From NCBI GenBank assembly GCA_004431415.1, contig QPMI01000212.1, forward strand, positions 81,678 through 145,677: a stretch of 64,000 bases of DNA, given 5' to 3'. The notes under the pieces are model-generated. The model ran no database searches and was not told where the DNA came from. It was given only the letters and a program-made list of their open reading frames with translations. Shown in pieces: positions 35,760-48,324 of the stretch. Source of the DNA: Cyanophora paradoxa CCMP329. Lineage: Eukaryota; Plantae; Glaucophyta. A program made the position numbers and the translations under genes. Every line of letters begins with the position of its first letter. Position 1 is the stretch's first letter.

Positions 35760-36800
35760 ATAGTATCTGTGCCGCAGTGCTCTACTAGGCTGCCAGGCTG
35801 CCAAGGGATCCCCAAAAGCCGGCAAGCTTAAGCCTTGAAGGGTTATAAATTACTAAGTTAGGCCGCTATATAGCTAGTGCTGCAGCTGCAGGCCCCGGCC
35901 GCGCGGGCCGGGGCCCTGAGGAAATTATAACACGTTATATATATACAATTACGTATACCGTACTACGGTATCATATATAGTATACGTAGTATGACCTTGG
36001 AAGACCGTCATGATCACGGCGCGCGTCAGATCTAGACTCTGATCATGAGATCGCCCCACGTTCCGAAGTTCCGCGAAAAGCTTCGACTTACGCGGCCAGC
36101 CTGGCAGCGTAATTATACATATAACCGCCGGGCCGTTCGAAGTCTAACTTAGTAATTATAACTCAGTGACTTAGTAAGTTCCCCGGGCTCCCCCTATCCC
36201 CCCCGGGCTCCCCTCCCTCCGGGACCGTCCCCCCCCCCCCCCCCCCCCCCGGGCCCCGCGGGCTCCCCCACGTGCACCCAGCCCCGGCCGCGGCCCTCCC
36301 GGAGTCCCTGCGGCCCCCCGGGCCCAAGCCCCCCTACCCCGGGCCCGCCCAACCGCCATGAACCACTTTCACATGTACAGCTCAGCAGCGCGATAGCTCA
36401 TCATGGCATGATCTGCGGCTGGAAACTCGAAACCGACCCGGTGACCCGGCGGTGGAGCTTCCGAATTTCCCGGGTTCCCGAACTACGGTACTACGGTAGT
36501 CATCATAAGTACTAGTTATCATGGCATTCGCAGTTCCGAAGTTCCGAAAGTTCCCAAGTTCACTGCCAGGCTGCCCGGCCGCAGTGCCCCAGTGCTACCG
36601 TAGTACCGTAGTACGCTGGCACGTCGACGACCCCGCGCCGGCGATGATCATCCCGAGTCCGATGATCACTGAGTCATGAGCTTGAGCTTTGAAATATCGA
36701 CATCGTGGTACGTATCACAGTATACGTATCATAGTATGCCATGATGCCTAACACGAATGAAGCCCTGTGATCACTAGGAAGGTCATGATCATGAGTGCTC
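35760..36800. repeat. Non-coding spacer rich in short palindromes and direct/inverted micro-repeats
   Basis: actacggtactacggta (36482-36498) and its reverse complement at 36596-36612; gttccgaagttccg twice; CTGCCAGGCTG/CAGCCTGGCAG at 35790, 36097, 36563. Confidence 0.55.
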
Positions 36801-37108
36801 AAATTAAATGAATGTCATCAGCATCCGATGATCATCGGATCCTTCAATCATTGAATTGGAATCTGAACGCACGATTCAAAACCGCAACTGGAAGAGCTCG
36901 TCGCGCGCGTGCCCACGGTGCACGTGCGCTTTGCGGCATACGCATGCGACCCCACTGGGGCAAGTCGCAACTCCGTGCCCCGCCCTCGCGACAAGCCATG
37001 GCCACCGCGAGCCCTCAAAACCCCTCGAAATCACGAATTGCAGCAGCTCAGCGGCTGGCGCTTAGATTACGGGCTGCAGCGAGGGGGGGGGCGGGCGAGG
37101 CGCGGGCG

Positions 37109-39842
37109 CTAGAAGCGCTCGCCGAGGCCGAGCTGGACGAGGGGCCAGCCCTTGCCGTCCTTGAAGCCGAACTGCACGGTGACGGGCCCGAGGCCGGTGA
37201 GGCCGCGGATGCCGGCGCCGATGCCGAAGCCCTTGCCGGGCTTGCCGCGGACCCCCGCGGGGTTCCCCGGCACGCTCCCCGCCGTCTCGAGGTCCGTCGC
37301 CGCCTCCGCGAAGGCGAAGACCCCCCAGCGCTCCGTCACCGGCACCCGGTACTCCGCCGACGCCTGCCCCGCCTCAGAGCGCGCCGGGGCGGGCGGCGGG
37401 GCGGGCGGTGGGGCGGGCGCACGAGGGCGTAGGAGCGGCCGGCGCCCATCTCGCCGTCGGTGTAGCCGCGCACAGTGGTGACACCGCCCAGGCTGAACGC
37501 CTCGTACGGGGGCAGCGTCCCCTGTATGTGGCCCCCTTGCGCGCTCACCACCAGCGTCTGCGCCCCATCAGCGGCGCGGCGGCGCGGCGCGGGGCGCGGG
37601 GCGCGGGGCGCGGGCGCGGGGCGCGGGGCGCGGGCGCGGGGCGGGCCTGGCCGTTGCCGGGGTTGTCCTTGAGGGGGAGGAGGGGCAGCGGCAGGTACGC
37701 CGCGAACTTGCCTGCCGGCAGCGTTCGGAGGCGGCAGGGGGGCGGGGTATCGGGGGCGAGAGCGCGCACCCTCGGCGCGGTTCATGAGAAGGCGGCCCTT
37801 GCCTGGCGGTTGCGGTGAGGGGCGTGCAGCGGGGGCGGGGCGGGGGCGGGGCGGGGGCGGGCACCGACGGGGAGGGACTGGTCGACCTGCCAGCGGAGGA
37901 CGCTCCCCGAGGAGGGCGTCCGCGGCGCGTCGCGCGTCTCGCGGGCCCCCCGCACCTGCGCGCCGCCCCTCGGTCGGGGCGAGGCGCTGCGGGGGGGCCC
38001 CCGGGGGCCGGGGCGGACGGTGAGGAGGACGAGGTCGTCCTGGCCGTCGGCGTTGTACGTCAGCTGGTGCCCGTGCCCGTCCCGCGAGAGCACCCGCCCT
38101 GCCGCCCCCCTCGCACCCCGCCCCGAGCGCGAGGGGCGCGGGGCCGGCGGACCGTGCGGGTCGGTGATCGCGACGCGGTTCCACGAGCCGCCGAAGGCGA
38201 CCCCGACGTCGCCGTTGGCGCGCGAGACGAAGGCGTTGCCGCCGGAGCGCCACTTGAGGACCTTGGAGGCCTCCTCCGCCTCGCGGGCGGTGAGGCCCGG
38301 CTTGGCCCCCGCGAAGATCCCCGTCGTGCTCTTCTCGTTGAAGACGTTGGCCTCGAGGCCGGTCTTCTCCTTGAAGGGGGCGAGCCAGGGGTCGCGGAAG
38401 GAGACGTTGAAGAGGAGCTCGTCGAAGCCGGGCACGGGCGCGAGCGTGAGGCCCCCGACCGTCACCTCCCCGGACACCTTCTGGTTCCGGCCCCGGAAGT
38501 TCGAATCCGACACCGAGAAGTTCCCGATCAGGCCTGCCCCGCCCCGCCCTCGGCCCCGCGCCGCCGCCGGCGGGGCCGGGGGGCCGCACCGGAGCCGCCG
38601 AGGCCGGCGCCGCCGTTCATGGTGCCCGTCTGGTCGTGCTCCTCGATGAGGACGATGAGCTCCACCTTGCCCGGTGCCGCCGCGTCGCTCCGCACCCGCG
38701 CCCCCACGTTCTGCGCCCCACGCCTCGCCGGCGGCCGGCGGGGCCGGCGGGGCGGGGCGGGGCCCTGCCTTGAAGATGTTCAGGTTGTGGAGGCGGCGCA
38801 GGGCCAGCATGACGTTCTGGGAGCGCAGCGGCTTCCCGACCTGCGGGAGGGCGGGGTGAGGCGCTGGGGCGAGCGGGGCGGGGCGGGGCGGGGCGGGCCT
38901 CGAGGTCGCGGAGCTCGCGGAGAATGACGAAGGGCTTGGTGCGGCCCTCCTTCTCCTTCCCCGCCTCGTCGAAGAAGCCGACCTGCCGCCGCCTCGCTCC
39001 CCCCGCGCCCCGCCCCGCCCCGCCCCGCGCACCGTAATCTTGCTGATCTCCATCCCCTCCGGGTCCCCCACATCCTTCGCCGCCGCCGCTGCTGGCGCCG
39101 CTGCCGCCGCCGCCGGCTTCGCCGCCGCCGGCTTGGCCTTGGCGGCGGCGGCGGCGGCGGGCTTGGCGGCGGCGGGGGCGGCCGGCTTGGTGTCGGCCAC
39201 GAGCTCGACGGCGGGGCCGCTGGGACCCTGGCTGCTCTGGTGGAACGCGTGCGCCGCGGGGCTGAAACCCGTCAGCGCGAGCGACGCCGCGGCGAGGCCG
39301 GTGGCCAGCGCCACACGGAAGCGCCGCCCCAGCGCCCCAGCTGCACTACGGAAAAAGCTGTGCAGCGCTGCGATCAGCCGGCTGAAAGACCCCTGGCTCT
39401 GACCACGCTCCCCAAACGCGGGACGCCTCTCGCGCGGGGCCCTCCCCTCGCCACTGCCGCCGAACGCTGCGCGGATGATCTCGTTCGCTACGCCCTCCGA
39501 ATCGCCCGCGGCGGCGGCGTCCAGGAGCCGATACAGGTGCGAGCCCGAGAAGAATGACGAAACTACGTCCCGGGAGACGAATGACGAGCGCAGGGCGAGG
39601 CTGGAGCCCAGCACGGCCGTGTTGGATGCCGGGACCTGGGCGCTGGACACGGGATCGCATCCAAAGGCGGCATTGCCGCGAGGAATGCTGACGTGGAAGC
39701 TCCGGCGCGCGCTGGGGCCGGTCCGCCGTGCAGCCGAAGCTGATACCGCCCTGCAAGATTCAGGGGCGGACGCGGGCCTCACGGGGGGCGAGCCAATGCG
39801 ATCGACCGCCCCGACGATCCCGCACGAGAAGGCGGGCTCCAT
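37109..39842 (-). CDS. Omp85/BamA superfamily plastid outer-envelope beta-barrel (Toc75/OEP80-like), single POTRA domain
   Basis: GRTKPFVILREL, LRRLHNLNIF (POTRA), SDSNFRGRNQKV, SFRDPW, LPPYEAFSLGGVTTVRGY, ASAEYRVP, GNP..RGKPGKG, terminal GLGERF*. Confidence 0.92.
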
Positions 39843-39949
39843 ACTGCCTGCGATCAAACCAGTCTCTCGCCGCGCGGTACCCCCTTCCGGCAATTGGGTT
39901 GAATTGGCAACCTCCGTGCGCGCATCCCCGGGTCCCCCGAGTCGGATTC

Positions 39950-42900
39950 ATGGGCCGGGGCGACGGGGCGGTCGCCTGCTGGATGCTCGCGCTCCTCGCG
40001 TCAGCGCTAGCCACGGACCTCGCCGACCCCGCGCTCCACGGCAGCAAGGTGCACAGTGATGAATTGCTGGTGCATCGCTGCGCCAGATTACGACGCCCCC
40101 AGATACTGCTGCGCTCCGGGACCTTGGACACCGCGGCGGTCCCGGCCCCGCGCATCGCAACCAAGTCGCTGGTCGACGCCAGCGTCGAGATACCAGTCCT
40201 GGTTCGTACCTCGGGAAGGGCATTGCCCAGGGCTCTGAGCACCGGCTCGCTGCGCCCAAGTCTTCGAACCGCCGCGGGCGGCAGGTTCACATTGAGGAGC
40301 ACGCGGCGAGCGAGCAGACGGCGGTGGAGGCGCTGCTCGCGGGCGCTGGCGTCAAGGCGACCGTGCTCGGCTACGTCCCCCACCACACGTGTCCGTCCCC
40401 GCCGCCCCCAACGCCCCCTGCTCTCTCCGAGGGCCCGCGCAGGGCTGCTGCTCTGCACGGCCGGAGAAGCCGAGCGCATCCGCACCCTGGAGCCGCGGGG
40501 CGTCTCGTGGGCGCGCCGGCCGCTCCCACCGCCCCTCTGCCGGCGCGGGGCGCTCACGGTGCGCAGGCGGGGCCGCTGGAGGCGGGCCAGAAGCTGAGCG
40601 AGGGCGAGTTTGGGTCGGGGGGCGCCCCCGCCCTCGAGGTCTACTTCGCCGTAGCCCCGGGCGCCGAGGGGCCCGACCTCGGTGGCCCCAGCTCGCTGCC
40701 GCCCCGCCTCCTCCCCGGCCCCTGACGCCCCCCCAGAGGAGATCGCGCAGGCGGCGGAGGCGGCCGGGGCGGTGCCGCCGGGGGCGCTCCGCTTCCGGCG
40801 CCTCTCGGCGGGCGCGGCGGCGGCGTCGCTCGCGGGGCGCCGGGGGCGGCGCTGCCGCTGGCGCGCTTCCTCGCGGGGCGGGCGGAGGTCCTCTGGGTGG
40901 GGCCTCGGCGCGCCACCCGCGCCCTGCGCAACCGGCACGCCTCCTCCGTCGTCCAGGGCGGCGACGTGCGCGCTCGCCGGGGCGTCGCGGGGCGGGGCGG
41001 CGTGGCGGGGGCGGGGCGGCTGAGGCGGGGGCGGGGGCAGGGGTCGACGGCGCCGGTGCACGCGCGGGGCCTGCGGGGCGAGGGCGAGATCGTCGGCATC
41101 GCCGACGACGGCGTCGACTGGGACCACGTCCGCCCCCGCCCGCCCCCGGCGCTCCGGCCGCCGGCTGGCTCTGACTGCGGGGCCCCGCGCGCGCCGCGGC
41201 AGTGCCTGCTGCGGGAGGCGGCGGGGGCGTCGGAGAAGCCGCCGGCCTCGCCGGACCTCACCCGCCGCAAGATCGTCGCCTACCGCGTCTTCCCGGGCGC
41301 CGACACCGACACCTGCCAGGCCGGCAACTCCTGCAACAAGGTCCCCCCCCGCCCCCCGCCCCTCCGCCCCACTAGCTCCTCGATTTCGCGTCGGCGTCTC
41401 GCCCCCCGCTTGTCGGACACATCCGTCCGCCTCCCGCCGACGGCCAGCGGCGCAGCACGGGACGCACGTGGCGGCGAGCCTCGTCGGGGAGGCACTGTAC
41501 CCCGGCAACGCGAGCGTGCAGGGGGCGGCCGGCTCCTACCACGGCGTCGCCCCGGGCGCCAAGCTCGTCTTCCAGGACTTCGGCGCCTTCGACGACGCCG
41601 TGCCGCCCGCCCGCCCCTCCCCGCCCCCGCCGCCCCGCCCACGCTGCGGCGCGCAGCTCGCGGAGAGCATCGACCCCGTAGACACGCAGCTCTTCGGCCC
41701 CGCGTACGAGATGGGCGTCCGCATCCACTCCGACTCGTGGGGCTGCGCCCCCGACGAGGGCCAGGCGCGCGGCACCGCCGGCTGCGCTGGGCTGGGCGTG
41801 ACGGGGCGCGGGGCGGGGGCAGACGGTGGCGGAGGCGTGCAACGTGTACAGCGCGGAGACGGCGCTGACGGACGCCTTCGTGTGGCGGCGCCCCGACTTC
41901 CTGGTCGTCTACGCGGCCGGCAACGACGGGGACCAGGGGGCCGCCTCCGTCGGCGCCCCCGCCGTCGCCAAGAACGCCCTCTCCGTCGGCGCCTCCCAGG
42001 GGCCCCTCGCCTCCTTCCTCGTCCGCCCCGCCCCGCCCCCGCCCCCGCCCCGCCCCCGCCCTCCGCCCCCGCCCCCGCCCCTCCCCCGCCCCGCCCCCGT
42101 CCCCTGCATGCTCTGGCACGCGCCCTTCCGTCTTTGTAGGGCGAGGGCCCTCCCCCCGCGTCTCTCTCACGCTCTCCGATGTGCCACTCCCCAAGCTCTC
42201 CTGAGTGCCCCCTCCGTCGCTCGGCAGCTAGATCAAAGCGGGCCGGGCGCGCTTCTCCTCCTGCGCTGACCCGGGGCCCCGCACTGCAGAGCGCGGCCGA
42301 CTATCCGGAGGACAACCGCTGCTGCATCACCCGGTGCGTTCCGCTTTCCTGGCGATCCCGCACGGGCGCCTGCTGACCGCCGGCCGCAGCCGCGACTGCT
42401 GCCGGGCCCTCCTCGTGCGCACACCCCGCGTCCCTGCCCGGGGCGGCCGCAGCTGACGGCCCACTGCCACAGACGGCGGAGCTGTACAACCAAAACAACC
42501 TGGCGTGGTTCAGCTCCCTCGGTGCGTCCGCTCTGCCCTGCCCTCGGGGGCGCCGGGGAGCAGCGGCTGCTCACGGGGCGCAGGGCCGACCTGGGACGGC
42601 CGCCTCAAGCCCGACATCGTCGCCCGTGCGCCCTCGCGCCGCCCGCCGCAACGCCCGCGCGCGCGTGCCTCTCGGGCTCCGAAACGCCCGGCAGCGGGCC
42701 AGTACGTCACGTCGGCCCTCTCCACGCGCTCCTACGACGATTTCCAGGCCCGCCGTCGCCCCCACCCGCCGCCCCCGCGCCGGCCCACACGCGCGTCGCC
42801 CACAGTGCGACAAGGCCTTCATTTCGGCCCAGGGCACCTCCGTGCGCCCCGCACACCTCTCTCTCACAGCCGACCCCTCACGGCGCCCTCAGATGGCTGC

Positions 42901-44921
42901 CCCGTTCGTGGCGGGGGCGGCGGCGCTGGTGCGGCAGTACCTGCGTGAGGGGTACTTCCCCTCGGGGGCGGCACGGGCGGCGGACGCGATCCCGTCGCCC
43001 TCGGCGGCGCTGCTGCGGGCCATGCTGCTCCACTCGGCCGCCTCCCTCACGGGCTTCCTCCCGACCCGCGACAACCCCCGCGGCAGCCCGCTCCCCGCCG
43101 CCCCCAGCTTCCCCCAGGCGCCTCCCCGCCTGCCGCGGCCCCCTCCCCTCGGGCCTGAGGCGCGGCAGGGGTACGGGGTGGTGCGGCTGGCGTCGGTGCT
43201 GCGCTTCCCCGACTCGGCGTTCAACCTGCACCTGCACGACTCGCCGGTGGCGCCCCCCGCCGGCGAGCTCGTCGAGTACCGCCTCCAGGCCCGCCGCGCC
43301 GCGCCCCGCCGGCCGGCCGCGCTGGGGTGGGGCGGGGTGAGGCGGGGGCGGCAGGTGACGGAGGGCGGGGGGCCGCTGCGGGCGACGCTGGCGTGGACGG
43401 ACCCGCCGGCCTCGGCCATGTCCGCCCTCGCCCTCGTCAACGACCTCAACCTCATCGTCGTCGCCGAGGCCCGCCCCGCCCCCTCCCCGCCCCGCCCCGC
43501 CCGAGCGCCCCGCCCCCCGCAGGCCACCGGCGAGACCTTCCGGGGCAACGGCGGCGCTCGTCTCGATAACCTCAACAACAACGAGCAGGTCACGATCTCC
43601 GCGCCTCGCGCGGCGGTCTACGCCGTCCGCATCAACGGCTCCGTCCGCACCGGTGCGCTCCGCCGCCCGCGCCCCGCCCCGCTCCGCCCCCGCGAGCCCG
43701 CCGCCGCAGGCCCGCAGCCGTACGCCCTCGTCATCACCGGCCGCTTCACCCTCCTATCCCCGGCCTCGGGTGCGCGGGGCGCGCTCCCCCCGTTGGGCGG
43801 CCGCCGAAGGGGCGGGGCAGGGACGCGGGTGAGTCAGGCGAGCGAGACGGGCTCGTCCTCGAGCTCCCTCAGCAGCGGGGCCGTCGCCGGCATCGCCGCC
43901 GGGGCCGCCGCCGCCGGCCTGCTCCTCCTCGCCCTCGCGTGCGCCCCCGCCGCTGCCCCCGCCACTGCGCCCCCCGACCCCGCCCTCAACCCCAGAATCT
44001 TCTCCCTCGTCTACCTCTCCCGGCGCCAGTCACGGCCCCAGGGCCACACCGTTGGGCCTCCGGCCCCTCCCCCGCCTCCACCGCCCCTCGCCCCTGCACC
44101 GGGCCCTGCGCCTCTCGGACCCTCTAACTACAGCCCGTACCCCACCGCCTATCCCTCCGCCCCCGCCTACCCCTCCGCCCCCTACCCGCCGGCCCCCTAC
44201 CCGCCCTACCCTGCTCCAAGCGCCCCCCCGGTAAACCCCTGCTTTTGTTGTCCGCGCGCCCTCACAAGAGCACCGACGCTCGCGCAGCAGGCGGCGCCGT
44301 TCGTGCCGCCCCGCGCGGCCGCGGTCAGCCGCTCGCCGCCGCTGCCCCTCGAGGCTCCGGCGGCCCGCGCGTGCGTTCCCCTCCAGGCACGCCGCGGTCC
44401 CGCACCGACGGCCCCGCGACAGGCCGCACAGCCCGGGGCGGGGCGGCAGCCCGCAGGCGTCCCGGGGCCCCTCCGCGAGCCCCTCGCGCGATGCATCCCT
44501 GCGCGGCAACTCCCTGCGTGCTTCCCGTGCGGCCACCAGCGCCGCCCGCCCCGCCTGTGTGCCCCAGCACCGCTTACGGTCTGGCAGGGCCGAGCGCCCC
44601 GCGACGGAGCGCGGCGCGCGTCTGCCGCGGCTCCCGACCGAGGCGACGCGCGCCCCGGCGGCACCCGAGGGCGAGGGGGCGAGCGCCGCGCGCCAGCCGC
44701 GCCTGCCGGGAGCCGGCGGCTCGCGCCACAGCTCCTCGGCGCTGGGGGAGGGCCCGGGTCCCGAATCGGCGCGGGGGGAGGGCCCCGAGGGTCGCGTGCG
44801 GCTCCCCAAGCTGCCCTCGGGCCCCGCGACCGCGCTGGGGGCGAGCCCGCCGGAGAGCGCACATGCGTGGCCCCTGCCGCCCGCCGTCGCCGTCGGCGGC
44901 GCTTACGCGCCCGAGATGTGA
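39950..44921 (+). CDS. Subtilisin-like serine protease (S8, KP-43/TagC-like) with signal peptide, C-terminal TM and Pro/Tyr tail
   Basis: GEGEIVGIADDGVD (Asp), HGTHVA (His), YAAGNDG (oxyanion Asn), DGRLKPDIVAP, QGTSMAAPFVAG (Ser), PSAALLRAML, QGYG, TLAWTDPP..LVNDLNL, NNNEQV. Confidence 0.92.
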
Positions 44922-44979
44922 TGCAGCTTTTGTTCGCATAGATAAGATATAGTACGTGGCGGGCGGGGGGCGGGCGGGG

Positions 44980-47900
44980 CTAGCTGGCGTCGAGCTGGGA
45001 GAGTGCCGTGCGCACGCGGTCTCTTACGTCCAGGTCGACGTCTCCCGCCATGCCCCGCAGCCGCTCCCCGAAGCCCAGCGCCCGCAGCTTCGCGCCCCGC
45101 GCCGCCGTGCCCGCGTCGTCCCGCCACGTCAGGTTGATCACGCACCAGATCGCCGCCACGCGTATGGCGCTCCTCGCGTGGCCCTGCGCGGCCGGCTCAC
45201 GGGGGCCGGGCGGCGCGGCGGCGGCGGCGACGGCGGCGGCGGGGCGCGCCATGTGCTCGAGGACGGCGCGGAGGAGGGCGGGGCTCTGCATGATGGCCTC
45301 CTTGTGGGCCTCGTCCCCGCACGCCACGTTCGTCACCACATACAGCGCCTGCCGGGCCGGCGTCAGGGGCGGGGCGGCGGGGCGGGGCGGGCGGGGGGCC
45401 TGGGTGATGGTCTCGGGGCGGTCGGAGGCGAGGCAGCGCTCGATGGCCGGCATGAGCTGGGGCCCGGCCCCCTCGAAGACCGCCTCGATGTCCCCCCGCT
45501 TGCCGTACGCGAGCTGCCGCCCGGTGAGGGCGGCCGGTGGCCGGGGGCGGGCGGCGCGGCGGGCGCGCACGTTGCGGAGGAGGGTGAGGGCCTGCTCCTG
45601 GACGGGGGGCGAGGGGTCCTCGAGGAGGCGGAAGAGGCGCCCGTACGTCAGTTCCGCCATGATCGCCCCCTTCACCTCCGACTCCGCCATGTACGAGAGG
45701 TTCTGCGCCCCGCTCGCCCCCGCCCCGCGCGCGCGCCCCGGAGGGCGGGGGCGGGCCTTGAGGGCCCAGACGGCGTTGAGGCGGAGGGTGGCGTCCGGGG
45801 CCGAGGCGAGGGCCACGAGGCGCGCCACGCCGCCCTGCTCCAGCACCACCTTCTTCATCTGCGCCCCGCCTCGCCCCCCGGCCCCGGACGGGGCGCGCGG
45901 CGCGCACGGGGCTGAAGTCGAGGACGATGTTGCAGACGGTGGCCGCCGCCGAGACCTGCACCTCCACGCTTTCGTCCTGCAGCAGCTGCCCCCCGCCCCG
46001 CCTCAGCCTCGCTCCAGGCCGCGCACGCGGAGCGCAAGTGGAAAAGGGTGTGGGAAGTGTATCCCCGCGCGCGGTGCCGCGCCGCAGGCCTCGCGAGGCG
46101 CGGCAGAGGCTTGGAAGCGCGGGGGCGGGCCGCGAGCGTGGCGGCGGCCCAGGGGTCGATGTTGCACGTCACATACTCAGGCGGGGCGGCACTCGAGCCC
46201 GCGCCTGCCTGGTTCTGTGCAGAGGCGCCGCCCCGTCCGGGGGCGAAGGAGAGGGCGGGGGCAGGGACCTTGAAGAGGGGGAGGGCGATGCCTGCGTCGA
46301 CGAGGGAGGTGCGGAGGTTCTGGGCGGGGCGTGGGGTGGGGCGTGGGGCGGGGCGGGGCGCGGGGCGGGGCGGGGCGGGCGGCGGGGGAGGCGGGACCTT
46401 GACGGAGCGGGAGAGGGAGCGGGCGAGGCGGCAGGCGGCAGCGCGCACGGGCCCCTCGCGGTCCTCGAGGGCCGCCACGAGCGCCGGCAGCACGCGCGCC
46501 TCGATGCACGCCTTCCGGCTCTCCTCCAGCGCCCCGCTGTCCCCGCCCCCGCTCGACCCCGCCCACCACCCCCGACGCCCCGAGCCGCCTCCCGCGTACC
46601 ATAGAGCCGCGAGCGCCGTCAGGGCGCCCTGCGGGGCAGTGACGGGGGCGGGGCGGCGCGGGGCGGCTGCGGCGGGGCGGGCGGGCCTCGCGGAGGGCCG
46701 CGGGAGATCCCGGGGCAGCGACGAATGCGCCCAGCTTGGCAATCGCGTCGGCGTCCGCAGCCGCCTTCTGCTTCGCAAAGCCGCTCAAGCGGGGCGGGGC
46801 GGGAGGGGCGGGGCGGGGCGGGCGCCTGGAGCTCGTCGGAGTCTGCGACGAGGGCGGCGAGGAGGCGCGCGGCGGCGGCCCGCGTCTCTGCGTCGTGCTC
46901 CGCCCCGAAGAGCTTGACGAGGGCGGGGAGCACTTGCTGCGCCCCCCGCCCCGAGCTCGCCCCGGTGCGCCGCGGCGGGGCCGCCGGCGGGCGCACCGTG
47001 AGGCGCATCTCGAGGACGGCCCGCTCCTGCGCGCTCCCGCTCATGTGCACCACGCTGCCGCCCGTCAGCCGCCCCCCGCCCCCTCCCCGCCCCCCGACGC
47101 ACCACGTCGCCGCCAGCAGCCGTATGCGCGGTCTGCGCGGGCGGGGGCGTCGGGGGCGGACTAGGGGCGGAGGCGGGGCGCGGGGGCGCGGGCCTCCTGT
47201 CGCGGACGAGGCGGAGGATGGGGCCGGCGTGCTGGGCGAGGAGGCGGCCCACCGCGGGGCTGCCTCGGCTCAGCGTCCCCAGGCACTCCAGCGCCGCCTC
47301 TTGGCTCTGGCGCCCCCTCAGCCCGGCGAGGGGCGGCGGCCGGCCGGGGCTTGCCCGCGGGCTCGCGGCGGAGAGGAGGTGGAGGAAGAGAGGCACGCCG
47401 CCGTGCTCGAGGATCCACTCCCGGTGCTCGGCAGCCCCGCAGCACCGCGCCACCACGCTCGCCGCCGCCTGCGCCCCGCCCCGCCGCGCCTCGCCTCGGC
47501 TCCCCTCCCAATGGGGTGGTGTCGTCCCCGCACCTCGCTGATGAGGTCGGACCCCGAGGAGAGGAGCGGCAGCATGCCGTGCAGCACCTCCGCCTCCGCC
47601 CTGCCCCCGCCGCCGAGCTCAACGGAGCCGCGGCGGGGTCGGCTGGCGCAGCGCACGGCGGCGCGCTGGGGGCGTTGAAGAGCGTCCGCAGCGCGCGGGC
47701 GGCGGCCTGCGCGGAGTCACACGCGCCGCGCGGCCGCCCTGGCGGGCCACGCGCCTCGACGACCTTCAGCCGGAGTTCCGCGGCCGAGGGCAAGGTTGAA
47801 CCGTTCCCGCGGGTGAGCAGCAGGAGCGCCTTGCTCGCGCCGGCAGCGAAGAGGCTCCGAACCCCCTCATCGTTCCCTGCCGCCGCGCGTTCATGAGGGC

Positions 47901-48233
47901 GGCGTCCGGGGCATGACACGGTGCGCGGACCGTGCGCAAGAGAGCCAATTGCGCCCGCCGCCTGTACGACGATCGATGCGTCCTCCTCCGCGAGCAGCTT
48001 GACGAGCTTCTCGGCCACGCCCAGCTTGATGAGTTGTGCCTTGCGCGTCCTGGATCCAATCGCGAGGTTCTTGAGGTCCCGCGCCGCCTTGAAGCTGCGG
48101 CGTGCGGTGAGCTTCTGCCCTTGCGGGAGCGCTGACGTACGCACCGATCTTCCGGCGAGGGCGCGTCGAGGAGCTCCGCTGCCGCTTTTTCTGGACCGGC
48201 TCGGCAGCTCGGCTCCAGCACCACCCCCGGCAT
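44980..48233 (-). CDS. ARMC8: Armadillo repeat protein ARMC8/Vid28 (GID/CTLH complex)
   Basis: [73 protein letters not shown]. Confidence 0.88.
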
Positions 48234-48324
48234 GTCGGGCGAAAGAGAAAGGGTCGATGAAGAAGGGGGCTAGGGGGCGATTCCCGGGCGAATGGGGCGG
48301 GGGTAGTGGCAAACACCCTGGCGC

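Noticed and set aside
35760-36800. CRISPR-like or prokaryotic repeat array
   Set aside because: No regularly spaced identical repeats with unique spacers, no cas genes, eukaryotic context
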